64,000 nucleotides of DNA from Spirochaetia bacterium (GCA_963668315.1 OY764216.1:1408001-1472000), one strand, 5' to 3'. Positions 1-9,073 are shown, counted from the first letter of the stretch. Notes: a model not told the origin generated them from the sequence alone. A program made the numbers and translations.

Positions 1-108
1 ACATCCCAGCTGAGCGGACTTTCCGTCTCCGGGGTGAGGAAGCGGTTGAGGAAGCTGAGAGAAGCGGGATTGGAAATGGAAGGATATACGGCGGAGAGAA
101 GCAAATGA
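1..108 (+). CDS. 3' end of probable ECF sigma factor (region 4.2 HTH), partial
   Basis: Frame 1 reads TSQLSGLSVSGVRKRLRKLREAGLEMEGYTAERSK*, similar to ECF sigma4 'xGxSxxxVrxRLxr'. The stop overlaps the next ATG (ATGA at 105-108). Confidence 0.65.
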   Translation, partial: TSQLSGLSVSGVRKRLRKLREAGLEMEGYTAERSK

Positions 109-899
109 AAGATAATAAAAAAATAATGACAGAACTGTTCCGCCTGGGGGAGCTGCCCGAAGGCTGGGAAGATAAAGTTGACAGAGAAACCATTGACGGT
201 GATGTGAGCGAGCTTCTCTCTTCCGACCGTGATATTCTGGATAGGTACAGGCCTTCCCGGATGGCCGCCGAGATTGAGGAGAAGGCACGGAGCGCCCGGG
301 CCGGCAGGAAACGGAATCGTGTCAGGACGGCGGTTGCCTATACGGCGGCGGCCGCGGCCATGCTGGTCATGGGGCTGATTCTTCCCGGAATCATGACCGA
401 ATCTACCGAATTTGACCCTGCCGGAACGACCCGGATCAAAGGTCAGTCGGAAGCCGGACTTACCGTCTACCGCAATACGGGACTTTCCACGGAAGTTCTC
501 GATGAGAACAGTACGGCCCGGGAAGGGGATCTCATTCAGCTGGGCTATTCCGTCTTTACCGAAATGCCCTACGGTATCATCCTTTCCATAGACGGCCGGG
601 GAATTGTCACACGCCATCTGGCGCCGGAAGGCCAGATCTCCGAAAAACTTCTCCCCGGAGGAGAACATCTTCTGGATTTTGCCTACGAGCTTGATGATGC
701 CCCACGGTTCGAAACATTCTATCTGCTTGTCTCCGACAGGCCCTTTCCCGTGGATCCTGTGATCGATCTTCTTTCCAGGGAAGCCCGGGGAGAGGGAAAT
801 ATCATCGATATTCCGGAGATCATAGGAAAAAGCTCTCTCGATTCCCGCGGAATTGGAAAAATGGTTCAATTCGCGGTATCAATACCCAAAGAGGATTAG
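105..899 (+). CDS. Putative anti-sigma factor: cytoplasmic N-terminus, one TM helix, periplasmic DUF4384/ActD-like domain
   Basis: Basic stretch followed by hydrophobic AVAYTAAAAAMLVMGLILPGI, then TRIKG and 'AREGDLIQLGY...ILSIDGRG.VT.H...AYELDDAPRFETF'. Translationally coupled to the upstream sigma fragment. Confidence 0.7.
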   Translation: MKDNKKIMTELFRLGELPEGWEDKVDRETIDGDVSELLSSDRDILDRYRPSRMAAEIEEKARSARAGRKRNRVRTAVAYTAAAAAMLVMGLILPGIMTESTEFDPAGTTRIKGQSEAGLTVYRNTGLSTEVLDENSTAREGDLIQLGYSVFTEMPYGIILSIDGRGIVTRHLAPEGQISEKLLPGGEHLLDFAYELDDAPRFETFYLLVSDRPFPVDPVIDLLSREARGEGNIIDIPEIIGKSSLDSRGIGKMVQFAVSIPKED

Positions 900-903
900 T
901 ACA

Positions 904-2994
904 GTGAAGAAAAATACTCTCTTTATGATATTTTTTACCCTATCCGTTCTTTTCAGTGCCCGATGGGGGAGCGCTCTGAATGCAGAAGCCATGGAAGTCC
1001 GCCGTTTCGGCCTGTTTATCGGAGCCAACAACGGAGGGGATGAGCGCCAGACTCTGCTTTATGCCGATGATGACGCCCGGGATATGATGCTGACCATGGA
1101 GCAGATAGGGGGCATCGATCCTTCGGACAGCCTCCTGCTTCTGAACCCCACCGCCGGGAAAATCCGGGAGGCCCTGAAAATCATCTCCCTTCAAATCGAA
1201 GATGTTAACCCCCTGGTCAGACGGACGGAAATCATGTTCTACTACTCGGGACACTCCAACGGTCAGGGGCTTCTTCTGGCCGATGAAGATCTCTCCTACA
1301 AGGATATCAGAGACTCCCTGGACACGACCGGCGCGGATGTGGTCATCGCCGTTCTCGATTCCTGCTCATCCGGCGCCTTTACCAGGGCCAAGGGCGGCGA
1401 GAGACGCTCCCCCTTCCTGATCGACGAATCGTCCAGCATGGAGGGACATGCCTTTCTCACTTCCAGTTCCGAATCTGAACTGTCCCAGGAATCGGATCTT
1501 ATCGAGGGATCTTTCTTTACCCATTACCTTATCTCCGGTCTGCGGGGAGCGGCTGACAATACGGGAGACGGGCGTGTTTCGCTTAATGAGATTTATGAGC
1601 ATACCTTCCGGGAAACCCTTTCTTCCACGGAATCCACCATCGGCGGCCCTCAGCATGCTACCTATGAGATTCAGCTGACCGGTACGGGCGATTTGGTTTT
1701 GACCGATCTGACGATTCCCACCTCTGCGCTTCTGATCTCCGGGGAACTGGCAGGGCGCTTTTCCGTACGCTCCGGAGACAAACTGATAGCGGAGTTTTCC
1801 AAATACCGGGAGGATACCTTTAAAATGGCCCTTCCCGCCGGGGAATATACCATTAATATGGCCGATGGGGACGATGTCCGTTATGCCGATATCGAACTGA
1901 GTCGCAACGGACAGTTCTTTCTTACCGAGAAGGATTTTTCCAGCCGGCGGCTTGTCTGGACCCGCTTCCGAGGGGAGAGGAACTCCGATGAGGAGGTGGA
2001 AATCCCCTTTACCCTTTCACTCTTTCCCGGCATAAATTATCCCACTCTTCCCGATAACTCCGTTGTCATGCTGCAGGCGGGATTGAGTGCCTATGCCCCC
2101 CGGTTTGAAGGGGTGCAGGCCAGCTATCTGTTCAATATCACCCAGGATGACAGTGAGGGAGTTCAGGTTTCCCAGAATTTCAATATTGCCCGAAGTAATT
2201 TTCAAGGCATTCAGGGAGCGGGTATATTCAACATAGCCGGGGGAAACCTCCAGGGAGTACAGGGCGCCGGACTTTTCAATATCGCCGGAGATGAGCTGAG
2301 CGGACTTCAGGCGGCGGGACTTTTTAATATGGCCGGGCGCCCCTCTTCGGGAGTACAGCTCTCCGGCCTATTCAATATAGCCGGAGAGCTGGAGGGTTTT
2401 CAGGCGGCGGGTTTGTTCAATTCGACCGATTATCTGGACGGTATGCAGATCTCCCTGGTAAACAAGGCGGGAACGGTCGACGGGTTTCAGCTCGGGCTGG
2501 TCAATATCGCCCGTGAAATGGACGGCTTGGCCGTGGGGCTTATCAATATTTCCCGGAACGGAATCGTCGATCTGGGTGCCTGGTATGACAGCGGGGACGG
2601 TAAAATGTATACCTTCTTTCAGTCGGGAAGTCCCTATTTCTACACGCTCTATTTCATCGGCAATGAATTTCCCGACCATTCGGAAAGGGAGACTGTCTGG
2701 GGGGCCCATGCCGGATGCCGCCTGGGACTGGGCCCCCTGGAGATCGATCTGGACGGAGGATTCAGAAGCGCCTGGCAGGATGTCATGGATTCGGGAGCCG
2801 ATACTCCCTATCTTCTTCCCTCCGGCCGGGCTGTGATCGCGTTCAAAGGTCTGGGACTCTTCTGCGGATTCAGTGCGGTCATGTCTTTCCCGGGAAGTTA
2901 TGAATCCACCCTCTACGACGGGGACAGCTTCGCTCTCTTCGGGAATGAGGATTACCATATCTATCCGGACTTTATCATCGGCTTAAGGATCTGA
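904..2994 (+). CDS. Exported caspase-like (peptidase C14) protein with G-x-Q-x-x-G-x-x-N repeats and a probable C-terminal beta-barrel
   Basis: GTG at 904 after GAGGA; signal peptide; 'FIGANNG', YYSGH (His 1252-1254) and VLDSC (Cys 1363-1365). About 10 repeats at 2104-2560. Ends in an amphipathic strand, FIIGLRI. Confidence 0.85.
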   Translation: MKKNTLFMIFFTLSVLFSARWGSALNAEAMEVRRFGLFIGANNGGDERQTLLYADDDARDMMLTMEQIGGIDPSDSLLLLNPTAGKIREALKIISLQIEDVNPLVRRTEIMFYYSGHSNGQGLLLADEDLSYKDIRDSLDTTGADVVIAVLDSCSSGAFTRAKGGERRSPFLIDESSSMEGHAFLTSSSESELSQESDLIEGSFFTHYLISGLRGAADNTGDGRVSLNEIYEHTFRETLSSTESTIGGPQHATYEIQLTGTGDLVLTDLTIPTSALLISGELAGRFSVRSGDKLIAEFSKYREDTFKMALPAGEYTINMADGDDVRYADIELSRNGQFFLTEKDFSSRRLVWTRFRGERNSDEEVEIPFTLSLFPGINYPTLPDNSVVMLQAGLSAYAPRFEGVQASYLFNITQDDSEGVQVSQNFNIARSNFQGIQGAGIFNIAGGNLQGVQGAGLFNIAGDELSGLQAAGLFNMAGRPSSGVQLSGLFNIAGELEGFQAAGLFNSTDYLDGMQISLVNKAGTVDGFQLGLVNIAREMDGLAVGLINISRNGIVDLGAWYDSGDGKMYTFFQSGSPYFYTLYFIGNEFPDHSERETVWGAHAGCRLGLGPLEIDLDGGFRSAWQDVMDSGADTPYLLPSGRAVIAFKGLGLFCGFSAVMSFPGSYESTLYDGDSFALFGNEDYHIYPDFIIGLRI
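2104..2560 (+). repeat. About 10 tandem 14-16 aa repeats (GxQxxGxFNxA; LA_2272-like surface repeat)
   Basis: GVQASYLFN, GVQVSQNFN, GIQGAGIFN, GVQGAGLFN, GLQAAGLFN, GVQLSGLFN, GFQAAGLFN, GMQISLVN, GFQLGLVN, GLAVGLIN. Confidence 0.85.
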
Positions 2995-3072
2995 TAAGGG
3001 TGATCTTCTCTTGGCGAAAGAGAGGAAAAAGGGTAAAATATCAGGAAAAGATTGCATGCAAAGGAGCTATCT

Positions 3073-3471
3073 ATGGGAAATTATCCCGATTTTACCTATG
3101 CCCATACGGGACTTAACGTCGATGACAGGGAAGCCTGCGAAAAATGGTATGTAGAGAATCTTAATCTGAAGATTGTCCGTTCCGTTCCCGGCAATATGAG
3201 TTTTCTTGCCGATCCTACGGGCCGGGTTGTCCTGGAGATCTACTCCAATAAAGCGGCTCCGGTTCTGGACTTTCCCGGTATTCATTTCCTGTCTCTTCAT
3301 CTTGCCTTTCTTGTGGATGACCCGGAAAAAAGAGCGTCGGAATTGATTAAGGCGGGGGCGACAATCGCCGAAGACTATAAAATCACCGATGTGGGGGACA
3401 GAATGATTATGCTTCAAGATCCCTTCGGTGTGGCTATTCAATTAATCAAGAGACAGGAACCCATGTTCTGA
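3073..3471 (+). CDS. VOC/glyoxalase family protein
   Basis: AAGGAG RBS; 'HTGLNVDD...WY...LG', 'LEIY', 'HLAFLVDD', 'QDPFGVAIQL'. Confidence 0.85.
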   Translation: MGNYPDFTYAHTGLNVDDREACEKWYVENLNLKIVRSVPGNMSFLADPTGRVVLEIYSNKAAPVLDFPGIHFLSLHLAFLVDDPEKRASELIKAGATIAEDYKITDVGDRMIMLQDPFGVAIQLIKRQEPMF

Positions 3472-3527
3472 TGAGTTCTTAAAGAGGCAGATGAACTTGC
3501 TTCAGGAGAATATTGCGGAATATTCTC

Positions 3528-3821
3528 CTAATCCTTATTTTTCTTTTTGTTCCGTGACAGGGAGAGGCTTCCGAATCCTCCGAGAATACCCATATAAAAA
3601 CCAAGATCGTACCAGAAGCCCGTATTATGGACCTCGTAGATATTGAGATGCTCGCGGAATATACTGAATATCAGAGATATCGGGGCCACCCATCCGTGCC
3701 AGATTCCCCAGAGCATGTTGGCCGGAGCCTCTCCTGTTGCTTTTCCATCGCCGGGAAGGCAGGATGCCAGAAGAAACATCATGGATAGCATCAGGATGAT
3801 GTATTTTGTTTTCACTTTCAT
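3528..3821 (-). CDS. Small membrane lipoprotein, conserved hypothetical
   Basis: Lipobox LASC; 'WGIWHGWVAPIS...IYEVHNTGFWYDLGF'; AAGGGAG RBS. Confidence 0.7.
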   Translation of the reverse strand: MKVKTKYIILMLSMMFLLASCLPGDGKATGEAPANMLWGIWHGWVAPISLIFSIFREHLNIYEVHNTGFWYDLGFYMGILGGFGSLSLSRNKKKNKD

Positions 3822-4000
3822 ATCGATCTCCCTTTTTAACAGTATACTCCTTTAGAACAGTTCGGCAAGGAAAAACTGTCACAGTTCCCAGGAAGAACTT
3901 CTGCAACCGGGAGATTCCCCATAGCCTCCCTTTATCCGGACGTGCTTCGCTATGGAAAAAGTACGGGAAATATATAAAATTAAGGTATGAGGAGATGATC

Positions 4001-4285
4001 ATGAAAAAATATATAAAAAAGCCCCTGATATTTGCCGCCTTCCTGATGCTCTATTCCTGTGCGACAGTTACGGTTCCCGTAGCGGCCACATCCAACGATC
4101 TGGGACGGCTTGTGGGGCGATCGTCCGGTACGGTCTGGTTGGGTATTTTCGGAGAGGCCGATGCCAGTATTATGGAAGCGTGCCGCGACGGGGGAATCCG
4201 GGAGATCTCCACGGTGGACTTCAAAACGGAGCTTCTTTTTCTGGGCCTGGGAAAGCGCTATACCTGCATCGTGACGGGAGAGTAA
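4001..4285 (+). CDS. TRL-like family lipoprotein
   Basis: GAGGAG RBS; lipobox LYSC; 'GDASI..A...GGI..I..VD...C.IVTGE'-type pattern. Confidence 0.7.
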   Translation: MKKYIKKPLIFAAFLMLYSCATVTVPVAATSNDLGRLVGRSSGTVWLGIFGEADASIMEACRDGGIREISTVDFKTELLFLGLGKRYTCIVTGE

Positions 4286-4311
4286 AAAAAAGGGACGAAT
4301 ACTCGTCCCTA
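4285..4311 (-). terminator. Intrinsic terminator downstream of the fab operon
   Basis: AGGGACGA-N4-TCGTCCCT stem with an A-run on the + strand (U tail on the - strand). Confidence 0.7.
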
Positions 4312-4408
4312 AACAGTGCAATTCTTACAGAAGTTGTTAATTTTTTCCGGCAACGCCGAAAGGTGGTATATATTACTTTACCCTCCCGAGGGGAGGGGTA
4401 AGGCCCGG

Positions 4409-5581
4409 TTAAAGGGTATTCACGTCGGCGGAGTAATCCACCCCTTCCACTTCAAAACCGTGGAGTTCCATGTAATCCTTCTTGAAACCTTCCAGATCTC
4501 CCTTTTCTGCCAGGAGATCTTCATCCACCCTGTCCCAGAGGGAAGCGACGGCTTTCTGCACGTCGTCGGCCATTTCCCAGTCGTCCATGCGGACGAATCC
4601 CTGGCCGTCTTTTATGGTCCCTTCCGATCCGTAGATCTTATCGGACAGCATACGCTGCATCTGTTCGCGGCAGCCCTCGTGGGTTCCCTTTTCCTTCATG
4701 ATTTTGAAGAGCAGGGCTATGTAAACCGAGACACCGGGAATAACGGCGCTTGATCGTGTTACCAGAGCTTTGTTGACCGAGATAAAGGCTTCACCGGAGA
4801 GATCGTTCAGCTCTTTCTGAAGTTCGCTGGCCGTAGCTTCCAGGTGTAGCTTGGCCTGTCCGATTGTTCCTTCCCGGTAAATAGGGTAGGTCATGGGGGA
4901 ACCGATATAGGTATAGGCCACGGTCTTGACGCCATCGGCCAGAACGCCGGCTTCCTTCATCGTTTTGATCCAGAGAGCCCAGTCCTCGCCGCCCATCACC
5001 TTGACGGTGGCGTTGATTTCCTCTTCCGATGCCGGGTCCAGGGTCAGACTTTTCAGTTTTCCGCTCAGGTCCATGGCAAAAGAGGTATAGGGTTCTTTGA
5101 TGGTCTTAAGGACAGACCGGTACATCTCTCCCGTATCGGGATCGGTCCTGACAGGAGAGGCAAGGCTGTATACAACCATATCCACCTGTCCGTCCTCGAA
5201 GAACGTTTTGATCCTGTCGATGACGGTTTTTCTCGTATCATGGGAAAAGGCATCGGCGTTGATGCTTTCGGCTTTCAGACCATCAGCCTGAGCCGCCGCA
5301 TCAAAGGTTCTGTTATTGTAGAAACCGGGTGTTCCCGGTCTTTTGGCGCTGCCCTCTTTTTCAAAGGAAACGCCCAGAGTATCGGCTCCGCCGGAGAAAG
5401 CGGCGGAAATTCTGGTGGCCAGGCCGAATCCGGTGGAACAGCCCAGAACCAATACTCTTTTAGGCATGGAGACCTTAGGCTGAGCCTTGGCCCACTCGAT
5501 GTCTCTTTTTACGATGGCCTCGCATCCCACAGGGTGGGAGGTAAGGCAGACGTTGTTCATGATTTTAGGTTCAATTATCAT
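4409..5581 (-). CDS. fabV: Enoyl-ACP reductase FabV / trans-2-enoyl-CoA reductase
   Basis: 'HPVGC', GCSTGFG, YSLASP, 'VKVMGGEDW', Y-x8-K (YREGTIGQAK). Confidence 0.95.
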   Translation of the reverse strand: MIIEPKIMNNVCLTSHPVGCEAIVKRDIEWAKAQPKVSMPKRVLVLGCSTGFGLATRISAAFSGGADTLGVSFEKEGSAKRPGTPGFYNNRTFDAAAQADGLKAESINADAFSHDTRKTVIDRIKTFFEDGQVDMVVYSLASPVRTDPDTGEMYRSVLKTIKEPYTSFAMDLSGKLKSLTLDPASEEEINATVKVMGGEDWALWIKTMKEAGVLADGVKTVAYTYIGSPMTYPIYREGTIGQAKLHLEATASELQKELNDLSGEAFISVNKALVTRSSAVIPGVSVYIALLFKIMKEKGTHEGCREQMQRMLSDKIYGSEGTIKDGQGFVRMDDWEMADDVQKAVASLWDRVDEDLLAEKGDLEGFKKDYMELHGFEVEGVDYSADVNTL

Positions 5582-6003
5582 TACGCTTCTCCTGCTAAGC
5601 ACATCCAGCTGGCCTGACAGGCCAGTTCGTCACCCACAAAGGCTTTGCCTTTCTGTTTGATCATCCGGCCGGAAACCATTTCGTTCTCGATTTCAAAACG
5701 GACTTCGTCGCCGGGAACAACCTGACGGCGGAACTTCGCCTTTTCAACGGTTGCCAGGAAGAAGAGGGCGCTCGCCGCAGCGGCTCCGCTCTTCTTCAGG
5801 CCGGCGCCGCCGACCTGTGCCATCGCTTCAATCAGCAGTACGCCCGGCACGACGGGATGACCGGGGAAATGTCCTTTGAAAAAGAAATCCGATTCGGTGT
5901 ACTTTCTATATCCAATTATGTTCTTTTCGTCACATTTTTCAATACGATCGACAAAAAGAAAGGGATCTCTGTGAGGGAGAAGCTGTTCAATTTCGTTACT
6001 CAT
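5581..6003 (-). CDS. fabZ: 3-hydroxyacyl-ACP dehydratase
   Basis: LPHRDPFLFVD, FFKGHFPGHPVVPGVLLIEAMAQ. Confidence 0.97.
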   Translation of the reverse strand: MSNEIEQLLPHRDPFLFVDRIEKCDEKNIIGYRKYTESDFFFKGHFPGHPVVPGVLLIEAMAQVGGAGLKKSGAAAASALFFLATVEKAKFRRQVVPGDEVRFEIENEMVSGRMIKQKGKAFVGDELACQASWMCLAGEA

Positions 6004-6010
6004 AGTGTTC

Positions 6011-7252
6011 TTACCCCTTATACTTCTTAATTACGATGGAACCGTTGTGTCCGCCGAATCCCAGGTTGTCCGAAAGGGTCGCATTGACCTCCATTTCTAT
6101 TCCTTTGTTGGGAACATAATCCAGATCACATTTTTCGTCGGCTTCGAAGAGGTTCATTGTTCCGGGAACAAAACTGTCCTGGATGGCCTTGATACAGACA
6201 ATGGCCTCAACACCGCCGGTGGCACCCAGCATATGGCCGTGCATGGCTTTGGTGGAGCTTACCTTGACCTTTTTGGCATGATCGCCGAAGGCTTCCTTGA
6301 TGGCCAGGGTCTCGCAGGGGTCATTAATGGGGGTGGAGGTACCATGGGCGTTGATATAATCGATATCTTCCGGCTTGAGCCCGGCGTCTTCCACGGCAAT
6401 TTTCATACTGGCAGCGCCCCCCTTACCTTCGGGGTCGGGCGCGGTGAGATGACCGGCATCGCAGGTCATTCCGAAACCGGCGATTTCGGCGTAAATCGTG
6501 GCTCCCCTTTTCTTGGCATGTTCCAGTTCTTCAAGAACCAGAATGCCCGCGCCCTCGCCCATGACAAAACCGTCCCGGTCCTTGTCAAAGGGGCGGCTGG
6601 CTGTTTTGGGGTCGTCATTCCGGGTACTGAGGGCCAGGAGTTTGTTGAACGAACCCACCGCAAAGGGGGTAATCGTCGCTTCCGTTCCGCCGGAGACGAT
6701 GATGTCGGCCATGCCGGAGCGGATGGTGTTCATCGCGTAGCCGATGGCATCCGTGCCGGAGGCACAGGCCGTGGCCAGGGCAAAACAGGGGCCGTGCAGG
6801 CCGTATTTGATGGAAACGTTTGCCGGACCTTCGTTGCTGATCAGCTTCGGTATGGCCATGGGGGCGATACCTGCCTGGGGGCCTTTGGCTGCCAGGCCGC
6901 GGATATTTTCCTCGGTTACTTCGAATCCGCCGATTCCGCATCCCAGGATACAGCCGGCTCTGTTGTGATCGAAGTTATCCTCCGTAAGGCCGGCATCATT
7001 CATGGCTTCCGCAGTGGCGGCCACGGCAAACTGGGTGAATCGGGCCATCTTCCGGGCTTCTTTTCTGTCCATAAAATCGGAAGCGTTAAAGTCTTTGACT
7101 TCTGCGGCAATTTTGGTGGCGAATTCGGTCGTATCGAACTGAGTGATCAGATCGATACCGATCGTACCGGCTTTTATGTTTTTCCAGAATTCTTCTACGC
7201 TGTGTCCTATGGGATTGATGGTTCCCATTCCGGTTACTACTACTCTTCTCAT
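6011..7252 (-). CDS. fabF: Beta-ketoacyl-ACP synthase II
   Basis: RRVVVTGMG, TACASG, NAHGTST, GHMLGATG, GFGGHN. Confidence 0.97.
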   Translation of the reverse strand: MRRVVVTGMGTINPIGHSVEEFWKNIKAGTIGIDLITQFDTTEFATKIAAEVKDFNASDFMDRKEARKMARFTQFAVAATAEAMNDAGLTEDNFDHNRAGCILGCGIGGFEVTEENIRGLAAKGPQAGIAPMAIPKLISNEGPANVSIKYGLHGPCFALATACASGTDAIGYAMNTIRSGMADIIVSGGTEATITPFAVGSFNKLLALSTRNDDPKTASRPFDKDRDGFVMGEGAGILVLEELEHAKKRGATIYAEIAGFGMTCDAGHLTAPDPEGKGGAASMKIAVEDAGLKPEDIDYINAHGTSTPINDPCETLAIKEAFGDHAKKVKVSSTKAMHGHMLGATGGVEAIVCIKAIQDSFVPGTMNLFEADEKCDLDYVPNKGIEMEVNATLSDNLGFGGHNGSIVIKKYKG

Positions 7253-7266
7253 TTTATCTTCTCCTC

Positions 7267-8004
7267 CTACATTACCATTCCGCCGTCAACGGTCAGAACC
7301 TGACCGGTAACGTAGCGAGCCATATCCGATGCCAGGAAAAGCACTGCATTGGCTATATCTTGCGGTTCACCCAGCTGATTCATGGGAATCTGTGCCTGAA
7401 TGGATTCTTTAATATCATCTTTAAGTTTTTCTGTCATATCGGTCTTGATAAAACCGGGGGCAATGGCGTTAACCCGAACGCCCCTTTTGGCCGTTTCCTT
7501 GGCCAGAGCCTTGGTAAAACCGATTAAGCCGGCTTTGCTGGCGGCGTAGTTCGTCTGTCCTGCGTTACCCATGAGGCCGATAACGGAAGCCATATTGATG
7601 ATGACGCCCGATCTCTGACGGATCATGAAACGGGAAGCTTCCCTGGCCACGATAAAGGCTCCGGTCAGGTTCACATCAAGAACCTGCTGCCACTGTTCGG
7701 TACTCATGCGGAAGACAAGTCCGTCTTTTTCAATGCCCGCGTTGTTGATGACTACATCCAGTCCGTCCTTGGTGACTTCTTCCAGAATCTTCACAACGCC
7801 CGCTTCATCGGTCACATTTCCCTGGTACCATTTAAGGGAGGTGCCTGCCGCTTTGGCTTTTTCCTCCATCTCGCTGTGGAAGGGGCTTTCCTTCGTGCTC
7901 AGATAGGAAACATGGGCACCCTGTTCGAGACAGGCCATGACAATTGCTTTCCCGATACCCCGGGAACCACCGGTTACAAATACTTTCTTATCCTTTAACA
8001 GCAT
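7267..8004 (-). CDS. fabG: 3-oxoacyl-ACP reductase
   Basis: TGGSRGIG, NNAG, YAASK, APGFIKTDMT. Confidence 0.96.
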   Translation of the reverse strand: MLLKDKKVFVTGGSRGIGKAIVMACLEQGAHVSYLSTKESPFHSEMEEKAKAAGTSLKWYQGNVTDEAGVVKILEEVTKDGLDVVINNAGIEKDGLVFRMSTEQWQQVLDVNLTGAFIVAREASRFMIRQRSGVIINMASVIGLMGNAGQTNYAASKAGLIGFTKALAKETAKRGVRVNAIAPGFIKTDMTEKLKDDIKESIQAQIPMNQLGEPQDIANAVLFLASDMARYVTGQVLTVDGGMVM

Positions 8005-8022
8005 GATTACCTCGCTTATATA

Positions 8023-9006
8023 TTACCAAATTAAATAGTTCCCGCCGTAGGTCAATCCGGCGCCGAACCCAACGGTCAGTATTTTCTGACCTTTCTTGAG
8101 AAGACCCCTTCTGTCCATATCGGAAAGGGCCAGGGGAATGGACGCTCCGGAAGTATTGGCGAATTCGTCCATATTCAGGTAGAACTTGTCAAGAGGGATC
8201 TTATCCCGCTTGGCCGCCGCCTCTATGATGCGTCTGTTAGCCTGATGGGGGACGATCCAGTCGATGTCATCTACGGACAAATTATTCCTTTCCATTAAAT
8301 CTTTCAATATGACCGTGTTGGCCCGAACGGCGAATTCATAAACCCGCCGGCCGTCCATCTGCAGAAAATGGTCTTTGCCCACGATTTCTCCCTCTATGAA
8401 GGGATTGGAGGTTCCCCCCCGGTTATGGCTCAGCGCATCGGAGCCCGAGCCTTCGGCCCTTAAGAGAGAGTTGATTACCCCCCGGGGTTCTCCTTCGCCG
8501 GCTTCGAGAACAACCGCTCCCGCTCCGTCTCCGAAGAGGATGCAGTTGTTTCTGTTGGTCCAGTCCAGGACACGGGAGAGCCTTTCCGTGCCGATAACCA
8601 GGATCTTATGGCAGGTCCCGTTATTTATAAGGCCCTTGCCCAGCTCCAGTCCGTAGACGAAGCCGGAGCAGGCGGCTTTGATATCCATGGCGCCGCAGCT
8701 GTTGTTTCCCAAAAGATCCTGTATCAGGCAGGCGGTGGAGGGCATTTCATGATAATCCGCCGTTATGGTGGAGACAAGGATCATATCAATGTCCTGCGCC
8801 GTAATGCCCCGCTTCTCCAGGGCTTCCTGGGCAGCCTTATATCCCATGTATGAGGTCGTTTCTGTGTCTGAGGAGATATGCCGATTTCCTATTCCCGTGT
8901 GGGAACGGATCCATTCATCACTGGTATCAAGGGTTTTCGCCAATTCATCATTAGAGACCCTTTTTTCCGGAACGTAATGTCCCAATGAACTGATATAAGC
9001 ATTCAT
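8023..9006 (-). CDS. fabH: Beta-ketoacyl-ACP synthase III
   Basis: AACSGF, FGDGAGA, PHQAN, ANTSGAS, GFGAGLT. Confidence 0.96.
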   Translation of the reverse strand: MNAYISSLGHYVPEKRVSNDELAKTLDTSDEWIRSHTGIGNRHISSDTETTSYMGYKAAQEALEKRGITAQDIDMILVSTITADYHEMPSTACLIQDLLGNNSCGAMDIKAACSGFVYGLELGKGLINNGTCHKILVIGTERLSRVLDWTNRNNCILFGDGAGAVVLEAGEGEPRGVINSLLRAEGSGSDALSHNRGGTSNPFIEGEIVGKDHFLQMDGRRVYEFAVRANTVILKDLMERNNLSVDDIDWIVPHQANRRIIEAAAKRDKIPLDKFYLNMDEFANTSGASIPLALSDMDRRGLLKKGQKILTVGFGAGLTYGGNYLIW

Positions 9007-9013
9007 GAATCTC

Positions 9014-9073
9014 ATTATTTACATTTTCTGCCATTTTGTCAATATTGACAGATTCCACTATTGGGGATATATT
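9014..9073. promoter_or_regulatory. Divergent sigma70 promoters for the fab and acc operons with back-to-back -35 boxes
   Basis: Perfect palindrome TGTCAATATTGACA at 9037-9050. + strand: TTGACA-N17-TATATT. - strand: TTGACA-N17-AATAAT. Confidence 0.75.

Noticed and set aside
4347..4370. GGCAACGCCGAAAGGTGG, resembling the start of a c-di-GMP-I riboswitch
   Set aside because: It lacks the GACGCAAAG and P3 elements, and no downstream gene lies on that strand.
4378..4402. Hairpin similar to the BmrR-type dyad at 40340
   Set aside because: No flanking -35/-10 with 19-bp spacing; better explained as an mRNA 3' hairpin.
6005..7303. Long antisense ORFs (also 10887-12449, 14720-16210, 26345-27316, 32711-33760, 43978-45486, 45664-46755)
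   Set aside because: Shadows of well-conserved genes on the opposite strand, with no motifs of their own.
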